Shown in pieces: positions 1 through 10,100 of a stretch of DNA of 64,000 bases. Location: assembly GCA_964580435.1 (NCBI GenBank), contig CAZOKP010000004.1:14824-78823 (forward strand), written 5' to 3'. Numbering within the stretch: position 1 is the first letter of the stretch; the number at the start of each line of letters is the position of its first letter. This DNA comes from an uncultured Eubacteriales bacterium. Lineage in GTDB: Bacteria; Acidobacteriota; Aminicenantia; Aminicenantales; UBA8522. Below the pieces are notes generated by a model, which was given only the letters and a program-made list of their open reading frames with translations, was not told where the DNA came from and made no database searches. Position numbers and translations under genes: made by a program.

Positions 1-987
1 TCACCGCCCGGACATGAAAGACTCTTGCAGTCCTCTTTGTTCAAGGCCCGCTTCGGAGGAGGGGAGGCTAACGTAGCCGTTGCTCTCGCCTTTCTTGGCC
101 ACGCCGCGAGGTATATTTCCGTTATTCCGCCAAATGATATCGGCGACGCCGCAGTGGCAGAGTTGCGAAGATGGGGCGTAGAAACGGGGTTTATCCTGCG
201 GCAAGGGAAAAGGCTGGGTCTGTATTTTGCTGAGACCGGGGCCAATCAACGGCCCTCAAAAATTATCTATGACAGGGAGCATTCGGCTATGGCCGAAACA
301 AGGAAACGAGATATCAAATGGGACAAGGCTTTGAGCGGTGTGGAGTGGTTCCACACGACAGGGATCACACCGGCTCTAAGTTCATCGGCCGCTGATTTGA
401 CTCTCGAGGCGGTTAGAAAAGCAAAAGAAAACGGCCTGGTCGTCTCTGTCGATCTTAATTTTAGGGAAAAGCTCTGGAAATATGGGAAAGCGGCGCCTGA
501 AGTAATGCGGGAGGTCGTCAGATTTGCCGATGTCGTTATGGGGAACGAAGAGGACTGCCAGAGATCCCTGGGTCTCAATACTGAGGCTGACATCATGGGA
601 GGAAAATTGAACCTGGCCGTCTATGAAAAACTAACGGCTGATGTTTTCAAAATGTTCCCCAACCTCAACAAGCTGGCCATCACGCTGCGGGAAAGCCATT
701 CTGCCGATCACAACAGCTGGTCTGCCGTCCTTAGAACCGGGCAGAAATTCATCGTCGGGTCCAAGTATGAAATCACCCATGTTGTCGATAGAATCGGCGC
801 GGGCGATGCCTTTGCCGCCGGCTTGATTCACGGCCTCGATCTTTTCGGCGATGATGCGAAAGCCCTGGAATTTGCTATCGCTTCCTCCTGCCTTAAGCAT
901 TCCATCCCGGGCGACTTCAACCTCGTTTCGGAAAAAGAGGTCTTGGCTCTGATGCATGGCAATAGTTCAGGAAGGGTCCAAAGGTGA
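1..987 (+). CDS. kdgK: 2-dehydro-3-deoxygluconokinase (PfkB family), 5' end truncated by the window edge
   Basis: The reading frame is open from nt 1 (SPPGHERLLQSSLF... precedes the listed Met). PfkB signature GAGDAFAAGLIHGL lies near the C-terminus. KDG-kinase-like N-terminal GGGEANVAVALA. Confidence 0.8.
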   Translation, partial: SPPGHERLLQSSLFKARFGGGEANVAVALAFLGHAARYISVIPPNDIGDAAVAELRRWGVETGFILRQGKRLGLYFAETGANQRPSKIIYDREHSAMAETRKRDIKWDKALSGVEWFHTTGITPALSSSAADLTLEAVRKAKENGLVVSVDLNFREKLWKYGKAAPEVMREVVRFADVVMGNEEDCQRSLGLNTEADIMGGKLNLAVYEKLTADVFKMFPNLNKLAITLRESHSADHNSWSAVLRTGQKFIVGSKYEITHVVDRIGAGDAFAAGLIHGLDLFGDDAKALEFAIASSCLKHSIPGDFNLVSEKEVLALMHGNSSGRVQR

Positions 988-1008
988 AGAAGCCCCGCGG
1001 AGGCAGAA

Positions 1009-1641
1009 ATGACGAAGAATGAAGTTCTCGAGATCATTTTATCCAGCAAGGTCATAGCGGTGATCCGGATGGCGGAAACCGAGAGGCTGAGCAAGGCTGT
1101 GGAAGCGATTAGGAAGGGAGGCGTGAAAGCGATAGAGATCACTATGACCACGCCTAACGCCCTTGATATCATCGCGGCGCTGTCCAGGAAGAAACCCCCG
1201 GATTCTCTTGTCGGGGCGGGTACTGTCCTCGACCCGAAGACTGCCGCGCAGGCGATCCAGGCCGGGGCGGATTTCGTCGTCTCGCCGATAACGAATTTCG
1301 AAGTGATCAATGTCTGCCGCAAGCATAACATGTTTGTTGCTCCCGGTGCCTTCACTCCAACAGAAATCGTCGCTGCCTGGGAAGCGGGGGCGGATGTGGT
1401 CAAGGTTTTTCCGGCGACATCCGTGGGACCAAAATATTTCAAGGATCTCAAAGGGCCTCTACCTCAGATCCGCATGATGCCGACCGGCGGCGTCAATATT
1501 GAGAACGCGCGCGAATTTATCGATAATGGGGCGTGCTGCATCGCCATGGGGACCGCGCTCCTGGACAAAAAGGCAATCGAGAGCGAAAACTGGGCTGTCT
1601 TGACCCAAAAGGCAAGTGTGCTTGTGGATTCCTTGCGTTAA
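1009..1641 (+). CDS. eda: 2-keto-3-deoxy-6-phosphogluconate / 4-hydroxy-2-oxoglutarate aldolase
   Basis: About 210 aa with the KDPG-aldolase pattern VIAVIR...GGVKAIEITMTTPNAL...GADFVVSP...GAFTPTEI...VKVFPA. Directly follows kdgK. Confidence 0.8.
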   Translation: MTKNEVLEIILSSKVIAVIRMAETERLSKAVEAIRKGGVKAIEITMTTPNALDIIAALSRKKPPDSLVGAGTVLDPKTAAQAIQAGADFVVSPITNFEVINVCRKHNMFVAPGAFTPTEIVAAWEAGADVVKVFPATSVGPKYFKDLKGPLPQIRMMPTGGVNIENAREFIDNGACCIAMGTALLDKKAIESENWAVLTQKASVLVDSLR

Positions 1642-1653
1642 GGGAGAAAGACC

Positions 1654-4014
1654 ATGAAATGTCCAAAGTGTCAATTTGAAAATACCGAGGATTCGTTTTT
1701 CTGCAAGGAGTGCGGGACCAAACTGCCTCTTTCCGATGGAGTTCTTTATTCCCAGACTAAGACTATTCAAGCCTCTCCGGAAATCCTTGATCCAGGGAGC
1801 CCCGTTGCCGGAAAGTACAAAATCATTTCTGAGATTGGCAGTGGCGGAATGGGCATTGTGTATAAAGCAGAGGACACAAAACTCCGGCGGACTGTCGCCC
1901 TGAAGTTTCTGCCGCCCGAGCTCAGCCGCCATCCCGAAGCTAAGGAACGATTTATGCGGGAGGCGCACACCGTTGCTGCGCTCGATCATCCCCATATCTG
2001 CACGATTTTTGAAGTGGGAGAGTACGAGGACACAGCTTTTATTGCGATGGCCTATGTCGAGGGCCAGAGTCTCAGAGAAAAGGTGGCCAAGCAGCCGCTC
2101 GCTTTTGGGGAGGCGGTGGACATCGCTATTCAGGCAGCGGAAGGCTTGGAAGAAGCCCATAACAAAGGAATTATCCATCGTGATGTCAAGAGCGCGAATA
2201 TCATGATAACGGACAAGGGCCAGGCGAAGATCATGGATTTTGGCTTAGCCAAGGTCATCGGAGAATCGCTGATTACCAAAGAAGCCAAGACCATGGGGAC
2301 AGTGGCCTATATGTCACCGGAGCAGGCCAGAGGTGAGGTTGTTGACCAGCGCTCGGATATTTGGTCCCTGGGGGTCGTCCTCTACGAGATGCTGGCCGGC
2401 CGGCTCCCCTTTCGAGGAGACCACGACCAGTCCGTCATCTTCTCCATCCTTCATCAAGAACCGGAGCCCCTGGCTAAAGCCCGACCCGGCACTGCACCCG
2501 AACTGGAGCATGTCGTCGGACATGCGCTATCCAAGAAGATGGCCGACCGCTACCAGAGCATGGACGAGTTCCGGGAAGACCTCTCCGCCATCGCCGAGGG
2601 CCTTAAACCGCTCAAAGCCAAGGCCAGGCCCGCCGCGATCAAGCTGGCCGTGCTTCCGTTCGCCAACCTGACCGGCAATCCCGAGGAGGATTACCTGAGC
2701 GACGGCCTGACCCAGGAGATGATCGCCCGACTTGGGCGGCTTCATCCCCAGAGTCTCAGCGTCATCGCCCGAACGTCGGTCATGCGCTACAAGAAGACCG
2801 AAGCGCCCGTCGACCAGATCGGCCGCGAGCTCGGCGTGGACTATGTCCTCGAGGGGAGCGCCCAGCGGGAAGGGGGCCGGGTTCGCATCATCGCCGAGCT
2901 CATCCAGGTCCGGGACCAGATCCAGCTCTGGGCGGACATTATCGAGCGGGAGATGTCCGGCATCCTGGCCCTGCAAAACGACGTGGCGGAGAAAGTGGCC
3001 AAGGCCCTGGCCCTGAAGCTCCTCCCGGCCGAGCAGGCGCGTCCGGTCAATCCCGAAGCCTACGAGGCCTATCTCAAAGGCCTTCAGCACAGCTATAAAC
3101 TCCTTCCGGCCGATCTGGACACGGCGCTTCAGTATTTTGAACGGGCCCTTCAGAAGGACCCGGACTACGCGCTGGCCTACTCAGGCATCTCCTTTGTTTG
3201 GGGATGCCGTCAACAGATGGGGCTTACGCCACCGAAAGAGGCCACGCCCAAAGCTAAGGCGGCGGCACAGAGGGCCTTGGCCCTGGATGATACCGTCGCG
3301 GCAGCGCATTACGCGCTGGCGGTCATCATGGCTTGGGGCGATTGGGATTGGACCGGCGCCGAGACGGAGTTCAAGCGCGCCATCGAGCTCGATCCGAACT
3401 TCCCTGACGCGCGGATCTACTACTCGCACGTGTTGAGCATTACGGGGCGGCCTGAGGACGCACTGGCGGAGGTGGAGCGGGCCCTGGAACTGGACCCCTT
3501 CAATTCTCTCTTTCAGAGTCTCGCAGCCGCGGTCTTCCTCTTGGCGCACCGGTACGACGAAGCCATTGCTTATGCCCGCAGCGCGCAGCGAACGAACGCG
3601 GACGATCCCGTCGCTCACAACATCCTCCAGGTATGCTTTTTCATGAAAGGAATGTACGAAGAGGCGTTCGAGGAATGGAAAGCCATGTGGAACACTCCCT
3701 TATACGGCAATCGTGACGTCGCAGAAGCCCTCGATCGGGGGTACGCGGAAGCAGGCTTTGCGGGCGCCATGAGGCAGGCAACGGAGGCGTGGGCCAAAGT
3801 GGTCTATGAACGGGGTGAGCCATGGTACCTCGCGCTGGCTTATGTCATGGCCGAGGACAAGGAGCGCGCCCTGGAGTGGTTAGAGAAAGGCTTCGAGCTG
3901 CACGATGCGAACATGGCTTATCTCGGTTTTCCGGGTTTTGACAGCGTGTGCTCCGAGCCGCGCTTCCAGGAACTGCGGCGCCGGATGAATCTGCCTACAG
4001 AAGAAAAGAAATAA
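1654..4014 (+). CDS. Ser/Thr protein kinase with N-terminal zinc ribbon, TolB-N-like domain and C-terminal TPR repeats
   Basis: CPKCQFEN...CKECG zinc ribbon. Hanks kinase motifs GSGGMGIVYKA, VALKFL, HRDVKSANIM, DFGLAK, SPEQ. The AVLPFANLTGNPEEDYLSDGLTQEMI segment is a TolB-N-like module. The C-terminal part is rich in TPR-like repeats. RBS GGGAGAAAG upstream. Confidence 0.85.
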   Translation: MKCPKCQFENTEDSFFCKECGTKLPLSDGVLYSQTKTIQASPEILDPGSPVAGKYKIISEIGSGGMGIVYKAEDTKLRRTVALKFLPPELSRHPEAKERFMREAHTVAALDHPHICTIFEVGEYEDTAFIAMAYVEGQSLREKVAKQPLAFGEAVDIAIQAAEGLEEAHNKGIIHRDVKSANIMITDKGQAKIMDFGLAKVIGESLITKEAKTMGTVAYMSPEQARGEVVDQRSDIWSLGVVLYEMLAGRLPFRGDHDQSVIFSILHQEPEPLAKARPGTAPELEHVVGHALSKKMADRYQSMDEFREDLSAIAEGLKPLKAKARPAAIKLAVLPFANLTGNPEEDYLSDGLTQEMIARLGRLHPQSLSVIARTSVMRYKKTEAPVDQIGRELGVDYVLEGSAQREGGRVRIIAELIQVRDQIQLWADIIEREMSGILALQNDVAEKVAKALALKLLPAEQARPVNPEAYEAYLKGLQHSYKLLPADLDTALQYFERALQKDPDYALAYSGISFVWGCRQQMGLTPPKEATPKAKAAAQRALALDDTVAAAHYALAVIMAWGDWDWTGAETEFKRAIELDPNFPDARIYYSHVLSITGRPEDALAEVERALELDPFNSLFQSLAAAVFLLAHRYDEAIAYARSAQRTNADDPVAHNILQVCFFMKGMYEEAFEEWKAMWNTPLYGNRDVAEALDRGYAEAGFAGAMRQATEAWAKVVYERGEPWYLALAYVMAEDKERALEWLEKGFELHDANMAYLGFPGFDSVCSEPRFQELRRRMNLPTEEKK

Positions 4015-4027
4015 CAGGAGACGGGCG

Positions 4028-7000
4028 ATGAAGTGTCCCAAATGCCATTCCGATAATCCCGATACGTCCCGGTTTTGCGGAAATTGTGCGGCCCTGCTTG
4101 CACAGGAAGGGCAGCTTTTCGATTCCCTGACGAAGACATTGGCGACGCCTCTTCCTGTCTTATCGAAAGGCAGCCTCATTGCCGGAAAATACCGGATCCT
4201 TGAGGAAATCGGCCAGGGCGGGATGGGGATCGTCTATAAGGCCGAGGATCTGAAGCTCAAGCGCTATGTGGCCCTAAAGTTCCTTCCTCCCCATCTCATG
4301 AACTTGCCCGAGCTCAAGGATAGGTTCCTGATCGAGGCCCAGGCGGCCGCAGCCCTTTCCCACCCGAATATCTGCGTCATCCACGAAGTAAGAGAAAGCG
4401 ACGAAGATCCTTACATTGCGATGGAGTACGTGGAAGGGGAAACGCTCCGGGATAAGATTATGAAAGGGCCCCTAAAGACTGAGGAGGCCCTGACAATCGC
4501 GAGCCAGGTCGCCGCCGGGCTTGGCGAGGCCCACCGCAAGGGCATCATCCACCGGGACATCAAGAGCGCCAACATCATGGTTACTGATAAAGGCCAGGCC
4601 AAGGTCATGGACTTCGGGCTGGCCAAGCTCCGGGGCGGGTCGTCGCTGACGAAGAGCCAGACGACGCTGGGCACGGTCGCCTACATGTCGCCGGAGCAGG
4701 CCCAGGGCGAGGAGGTCGACGGCCGGACGGACCTCTGGTCGCTCGGCGTCGTCCTCTACGAGATGCTTACGGGCGAACTCCCGTTCAAAGGCGACCGGGA
4801 CCTCTCGATCATCCATTCCATCATCCACGAAGATCCGAAGCCGATCAAGGTCCGCAAGCCGCCGGTGCCCGAGGAGTTGCAACTGGTTATCGCCCGGACG
4901 CTCAAGAAGAACCGCAATTCGCGTTACGGCTCTGCCCAGGAAATCCTGAAGGACTTGAGGAAATACGAAGAGGCGGTCCGGGCAGAGGCGGCCGGTGTGT
5001 TTAACCTGCGATCGCTCTTGAAGCGCCTGCGCCGGCCGGTGGTGGCGATTCCCGCAGCCCTGACGTTGGTTGCGATTGCGGCCGCGGCCGTCTGGTTCTT
5101 CAAGCATCAGGCCAAGGTCCGCTGGGCCAGGGAGATCGCCATCCCGGAGATCGAGCGGATGATCGAGGAGAACGACGTGTGGCGGAATCTTGTCGCGCCC
5201 TACCGGCTCGCGGAAAAAGCCGAGGCCATCATCCCGCGCGACGCCAGGCTGGCCGAGCTCTTTTCGAAATGCTCTCTGAACATCAATGTTAAGACAGAGC
5301 CTCCAGGTGCGAAGATTTACATTAAGGATTACGACGCGCCGGAAAGTGAATGGTCCTATCTCGGCGTCTCGCCGATCGAAAAGATCAGACTGCCCATCGG
5401 AGTCTTCAGATGGAAAATTGAAAAAGACGGCTACGAGACCGTTCTGGCCGCATCGTCCAGCTGGGATACGGGAGGTCGTATCGGCAAGCCCGGTTTCGTC
5501 ATTCCCTATGACCTCGTAAGAGTCCTTGATAAGACCGGAAGCGTTCCACCGGGAATGGTGCGGGTCCAAGGTGCAGAAACGGCCATCGGGAAACTGGGTG
5601 ATTTCTACATCGACAGGTATGAGGTCACCAACAGGCAATTCAAGGAGTTCATCGACAAGGGCGGCTATAGAAACAAGGAGTACTGGAAACTCAGTTTCAC
5701 CAAAAGCGGAAAAGATCTGACCTGGGAAGAAGGAATCAAAGAGTTCGTCGATCCGACGGGTCAATCCGGCCCTTCCATATGGCTGGCGGGGGATTATCCC
5801 GAGGGCGGGGGCGATTATCCAGTTTCAGGCATCAGCTGGTACGAGGCCGCGGCGTATGCGGAATGGGCCGGAAAGAGCCTGCCGACGATGGTTCACTGGG
5901 AGATAGCCAGAGGCCAGTACACTCCGATGGTGCGCGTTTTCCAATTGGGGGGCCTCGCCATCTTTGCGCCTTTCAGTAATTTCTCCGGCAATGGCCCCGT
6001 TGCGGTGGGAAGCCTTCCGGGCATTACGCCCTTCGGGGTCTTTGACATGGCGGGGAATGTACGGGAATGGTGCTTGAATGAGACCCCGATGGGTAGACTC
6101 GTCCGAGGCGGCGCCTGGGACGACAATACATACGAATTCGGGAATCGGCGGCAGGCTCCTCCCATGGATCGCTCCGCTAAGAACGGATTTCGGTGTGCTC
6201 TTTATCCCAAGCGAGAGGAGATCCCCGCAGCGGCGTTTCAACTTGAAAAACTCGCGGTGTTCAGGGATTTTTACAAAGAAACGCCGGTTCCGGACCCTGT
6301 TTTTCAGGTTTACAAGGAGCAGTTTTCCTACGACAAGACAGACTTGAGGGCACGCGTCGAATCGCAGCAGGAAAGCCCCGGAGGCTGGATTCGGGAGAAG
6401 ATCACCTTCGACGCCGCCTATGGCGGCGAGCGGGTCATGGCCTATCTCTTTCTTCCCGGCAACGCCTCGCCTCCGTATCAAACTGTGATCTATTTCCCCG
6501 GCAGCGCCTCTCTAACAACAAAATCGAGCGAAGACCTCGAGAACTATTATGAATTCCCGATGTTCCTTTCTTTTATCGTTAAAAACGGCCGGGCTGCCCT
6601 TTATCCTGTCTATAAGGGAACATTCGAGCGCGGAAATCCTGCCTTGATCCCTATCCATATTGGTACCGATACTCATGCCTATACCGAATTCCTGATTCAA
6701 ATCGTCCAAGATTTCAGGAGATGCATCGACTACCTGGAAACGCGGACGGACATCGACAGAAACAGGATTGCCTATTACGGCATGAGTTGGGGCGGGAGAC
6801 TCGGCGCGATCATCCCGGCCGTGGAGGACCGCATCAAAGCAAGTGTCTTAGTGGGAGGCGGCATGGGAGGGCGAGCGAGCCGCCCTGAATCCTCTGTGCT
6901 CAACTATGTGACCCGAGTGAAAATACCGACCCTGATGTTGAACGGCAGGTACGATGCCGGTCTCGAGATAGGCATCAAGCCTATGTTCGACCTGCTTGGA

Positions 7001-7120
7001 ACTCCCGCAGAGCACAAACAATTCAAGTTATACGACACCGACCACATCCCCCCGAGGACCGAGTACATCAAGGAAACCCTGGCCTGGCTGGACAAGTACC
7101 TGGGGCCGGTGAAGAGATAA
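4028..7120 (+). CDS. multidomain Ser/Thr protein kinase: zinc ribbon, kinase, TM helix, PEGA, FGE-sulfatase-like (SUMF1/DUF323) and alpha/beta-hydrolase domains
   Basis: CPKCHSDN...CGNC zinc ribbon. Kinase motifs GQGGMGIVYKAED, HRDIKSANIM, DFGLAK. Hydrophobic segment VVAIPAALTLVAIAAAAVWFF. PEGA-like NINVKTEPPGAKIYIKDYD. FGE-like GISWYEAAAYAEWAGKSLPT...GNVREWC...RGGAW...FRCA. C-terminal GMSWGG nucleophile elbow. Confidence 0.8.
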   Translation: MKCPKCHSDNPDTSRFCGNCAALLAQEGQLFDSLTKTLATPLPVLSKGSLIAGKYRILEEIGQGGMGIVYKAEDLKLKRYVALKFLPPHLMNLPELKDRFLIEAQAAAALSHPNICVIHEVRESDEDPYIAMEYVEGETLRDKIMKGPLKTEEALTIASQVAAGLGEAHRKGIIHRDIKSANIMVTDKGQAKVMDFGLAKLRGGSSLTKSQTTLGTVAYMSPEQAQGEEVDGRTDLWSLGVVLYEMLTGELPFKGDRDLSIIHSIIHEDPKPIKVRKPPVPEELQLVIARTLKKNRNSRYGSAQEILKDLRKYEEAVRAEAAGVFNLRSLLKRLRRPVVAIPAALTLVAIAAAAVWFFKHQAKVRWAREIAIPEIERMIEENDVWRNLVAPYRLAEKAEAIIPRDARLAELFSKCSLNINVKTEPPGAKIYIKDYDAPESEWSYLGVSPIEKIRLPIGVFRWKIEKDGYETVLAASSSWDTGGRIGKPGFVIPYDLVRVLDKTGSVPPGMVRVQGAETAIGKLGDFYIDRYEVTNRQFKEFIDKGGYRNKEYWKLSFTKSGKDLTWEEGIKEFVDPTGQSGPSIWLAGDYPEGGGDYPVSGISWYEAAAYAEWAGKSLPTMVHWEIARGQYTPMVRVFQLGGLAIFAPFSNFSGNGPVAVGSLPGITPFGVFDMAGNVREWCLNETPMGRLVRGGAWDDNTYEFGNRRQAPPMDRSAKNGFRCALYPKREEIPAAAFQLEKLAVFRDFYKETPVPDPVFQVYKEQFSYDKTDLRARVESQQESPGGWIREKITFDAAYGGERVMAYLFLPGNASPPYQTVIYFPGSASLTTKSSEDLENYYEFPMFLSFIVKNGRAALYPVYKGTFERGNPALIPIHIGTDTHAYTEFLIQIVQDFRRCIDYLETRTDIDRNRIAYYGMSWGGRLGAIIPAVEDRIKASVLVGGGMGGRASRPESSVLNYVTRVKIPTLMLNGRYDAGLEIGIKPMFDLLGTPAEHKQFKLYDTDHIPPRTEYIKETLAWLDKYLGPVKR

Positions 7121-7131
7121 AGGCGGGAGCC

Positions 7132-10100
7132 ATGTCCGTAGAGTGTCCGAAATGCCATTCTGAGAATAACGATAACTCGCGGTTCTGCAGCAACTGCGCC
7201 ACGCCGTTGAGCAAGGCGGGGCTGGAAGGAGTGTCCCTAACCAGAACTCTGGAGACGCCGCTTCAAATCATTTCGAAAGACAGCCTCATTGCCGGAAAAT
7301 ACCGGATCCTTGAGGAAATCGGCCAGGGGGGAATGGGAGTCGTTTACAAAGCCGAGGACATCAAGCTTAAACGTTCGGTGGCTCTGAAATTCCTCCCGCC
7401 GCACCTGATGAACTTGCCCGAGCTCAAGGAGCGGTTCCTGATCGAGGCCCAGGCGGCCGCCGCCCTCTCCCACCCGAATATCTGCGTCATCCATGAGGTC
7501 GGGGAGGCCGAGGACAGGTCCTTTATCGTCATGGAGTACGTGGAGGGGGAGACCCTTCGGGATAAGATCAAAAAAGGGCCCCTAAAGACCGAGGTCGCCC
7601 TCGACATCACGATCCAGATCGCAGCCGGCCTGGGCGAGGCCCACCGCAAGGGCATCATCCACCGGGACATCAAGAGCGCAAACATCATGGTGACGGACAA
7701 AGGCCAGGCCAAGGTCATGGACTTCGGGCTGGCCAAGCTGCGGGGCGGGAGCTCGCTTACCAAGAGCCAGACGACGCTGGGCACGGTGGCCTACATGTCT
7801 CCGGAACAGGCGCAGGGGGGAGAAATCGACCAACGCACCGACATCTGGTCCCTGGGCGTCGTGCTCTACGAGATGCTCATGGGTGAGCTTCCGTTTAAAG
7901 GTGACCGTGACGTCTCGATCATCTACTCGATCGTCCATGAGGAGCCAAAGTCGCTCAAGATCCGGAAGCCTCCCGTCCCTGTGGAGCTGCAGCAGGTCAT
8001 CGCCCGGGCCCTCAAGAAGAACCGGGAAGCCCGCTATGGCTCCGCCGACGAAATGCTGAGAGACCTAAGGGCTTACCAATCCTCCGCACAGCTCGCAGAG
8101 TCCGGGGTCCTGAGCCTAAAGATGATCGGTCGCCGCCTCAGGAAGCCGCGGGTCGCCATTCCCACGGTCGTCGCACTTATTGCCCTGGCTTTTCTCGGCA
8201 CCATGTTTTTCAAGCACCAGGCCCAGGTCCGCTGGGCCAGGCAGGTGGCTCTTCCGGAGATTCAGAGGCTTATCGAGGGAAATGACTGTTGGCGCAATCT
8301 CATACCCGTCTATAAACTCGCGGAAAAGGCGGAAGCTTACATTCCGCACGATCCCAAGCTGGCCGGGCTTTTTTCGAAATGCTCCTTGAAGGTCAACATC
8401 AAAACCGAACCTCCCGGCGCCAAGATCTTTATGAAAGAATACATGGCCCCGGAGAGCGATTGGACGTATCTCGGAGTTTCGCCGATCGAAAAGATCCGGC
8501 TGCCCATCGGGGTTTTCAGATGGAAAATCGAAAAAGACGGCTATGAGACGGTTCTGGCGGCCGCTTCCACCTGGAATGGAGATATTGTGAGTCCTGAGAT
8601 TATTGTTCCCTATGATATTGTGAGAATCCTGGACAATAAGGAAAACATTCCGCCGGGCATGGTGCGGGTCACGGGAGCGGAAACGGCTGACGGCAAGCTG
8701 GATGATTTTCTTATCGATACTTATGAAGTGACGAATAAGCAATATAAGGAATTCGTCAACGGCAGCGGATACAGGAACAAGAAATACTGGACGCAGAAAT
8801 TCGTCAAGGACGGAAGAGAGCTGACCTGGGAGGACGCGGTCAAGGGATTCGTCGACCAAACGGGGCTTCCCGGCCCGGCCGGATGGCAGGCAGGAGATTA
8901 TCCCGAAGGACAGGCAGATTATCCGGTGTCGGGAATCAGTTGGTACGAGGCGGCGGCCTATGCGGAATTCTCCGGGAAAAGCCTGCCGACGGGAAATCAT
9001 TGGGGGATCGCGAGGGGCGAATATACGCCGATGATTCAATATCCGCAGCTCGGGGGTTTCGCCCTTTTAGCTCCTTTCAGCAATTTTCTGGGGAAGGGCC
9101 CGGTTGCCGTAGGGAGTCTCCCGGGGGTAACGGCCTACGGGGCTTTTGACATGGCCGGGAACGTGAGGGAATGGTGCTGGAACAAAACTCCGAAAGGACG
9201 TGTCATCAGGGGCGGCGCCTGGGGAGAGAACACCTACATGTTCGACAATATGAGTCAAGCGCCGGCCATGGACCGTTCCGCCAAGAACGGGTTCCGTTGC
9301 GCCCTTTATTTTGAGCCGGAGAAAATCCCAGGGTCGGCGTTTCAAATGGTCAAGTCCTTGGGCCTTCCCCTGATAGGTGAAACGGAAGATTTCGCCAAGC
9401 AAGAACCGGTCCCCGATTCCATTTTTCAGGTCTACAAAGAACAGTTTTCGTACGATAAAACCGATTTGAAGGCCCGCGTGGAATCGAAGAAGGAAAGCCC
9501 CGAATGGACTCTGGAAAAGATCAGTTTTGAGGCCGCCTACGGCGGCGAACGGATCATGGCCTATCTTTTTCTTCCCAAGAACGCTGTGCCGCCCTATCAG
9601 TCCGTCATCTATATGGGCGGCGACGCTCCCGTGTTTCAGCGGTCGAGCCAGGACATCGAGACCTATTATGAAGTCCCCATGTTCTTTTCTTTTCTCGTCA
9701 AAAACGGACGGGCGGTCCTCTATCCCGTCTATAAGGGATTCTTCGAGCGCGGGAATGATGCCTTGATTTCTATCATCGAGGGCAGCTGGGCTTCCGTGCA
9801 GTGGAAAGAAGTCTTCATTCAACAGGTCAAGGACCTCAGAAGAGGCATCGACTATCTAGAAACCCGCCCGGATATCGACAGCCGGAAGCTCGCCTTTGAG
9901 GGAATGAGCTACGGATCGGGACTCGCGCCCGTCATCCTGGCCGTGGAGGAGCGCCTCAAGGTCGACGTTCTTTTGGCCGGAGGCTTCGGCCTCATGGGAG
10001 AGGGACGCCCCGAAGTGAATCAAATCAACTATGTCACCCGGGTGAAAACACCCACCCTGATGTTGAACGGCAAATACGACTCGTTTTTTCCGCCCGAGAC

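Noticed and set aside
4472-5764. 430-aa minus-strand ORF antisense to kinase 2, and the similar 8116-9039 ORF antisense to kinase 3
   Set aside because: Low-complexity R/G/P/L-rich translations typical of the antisense frame of high-GC genes. The sense frames have strong kinase, PEGA and FGE homology.
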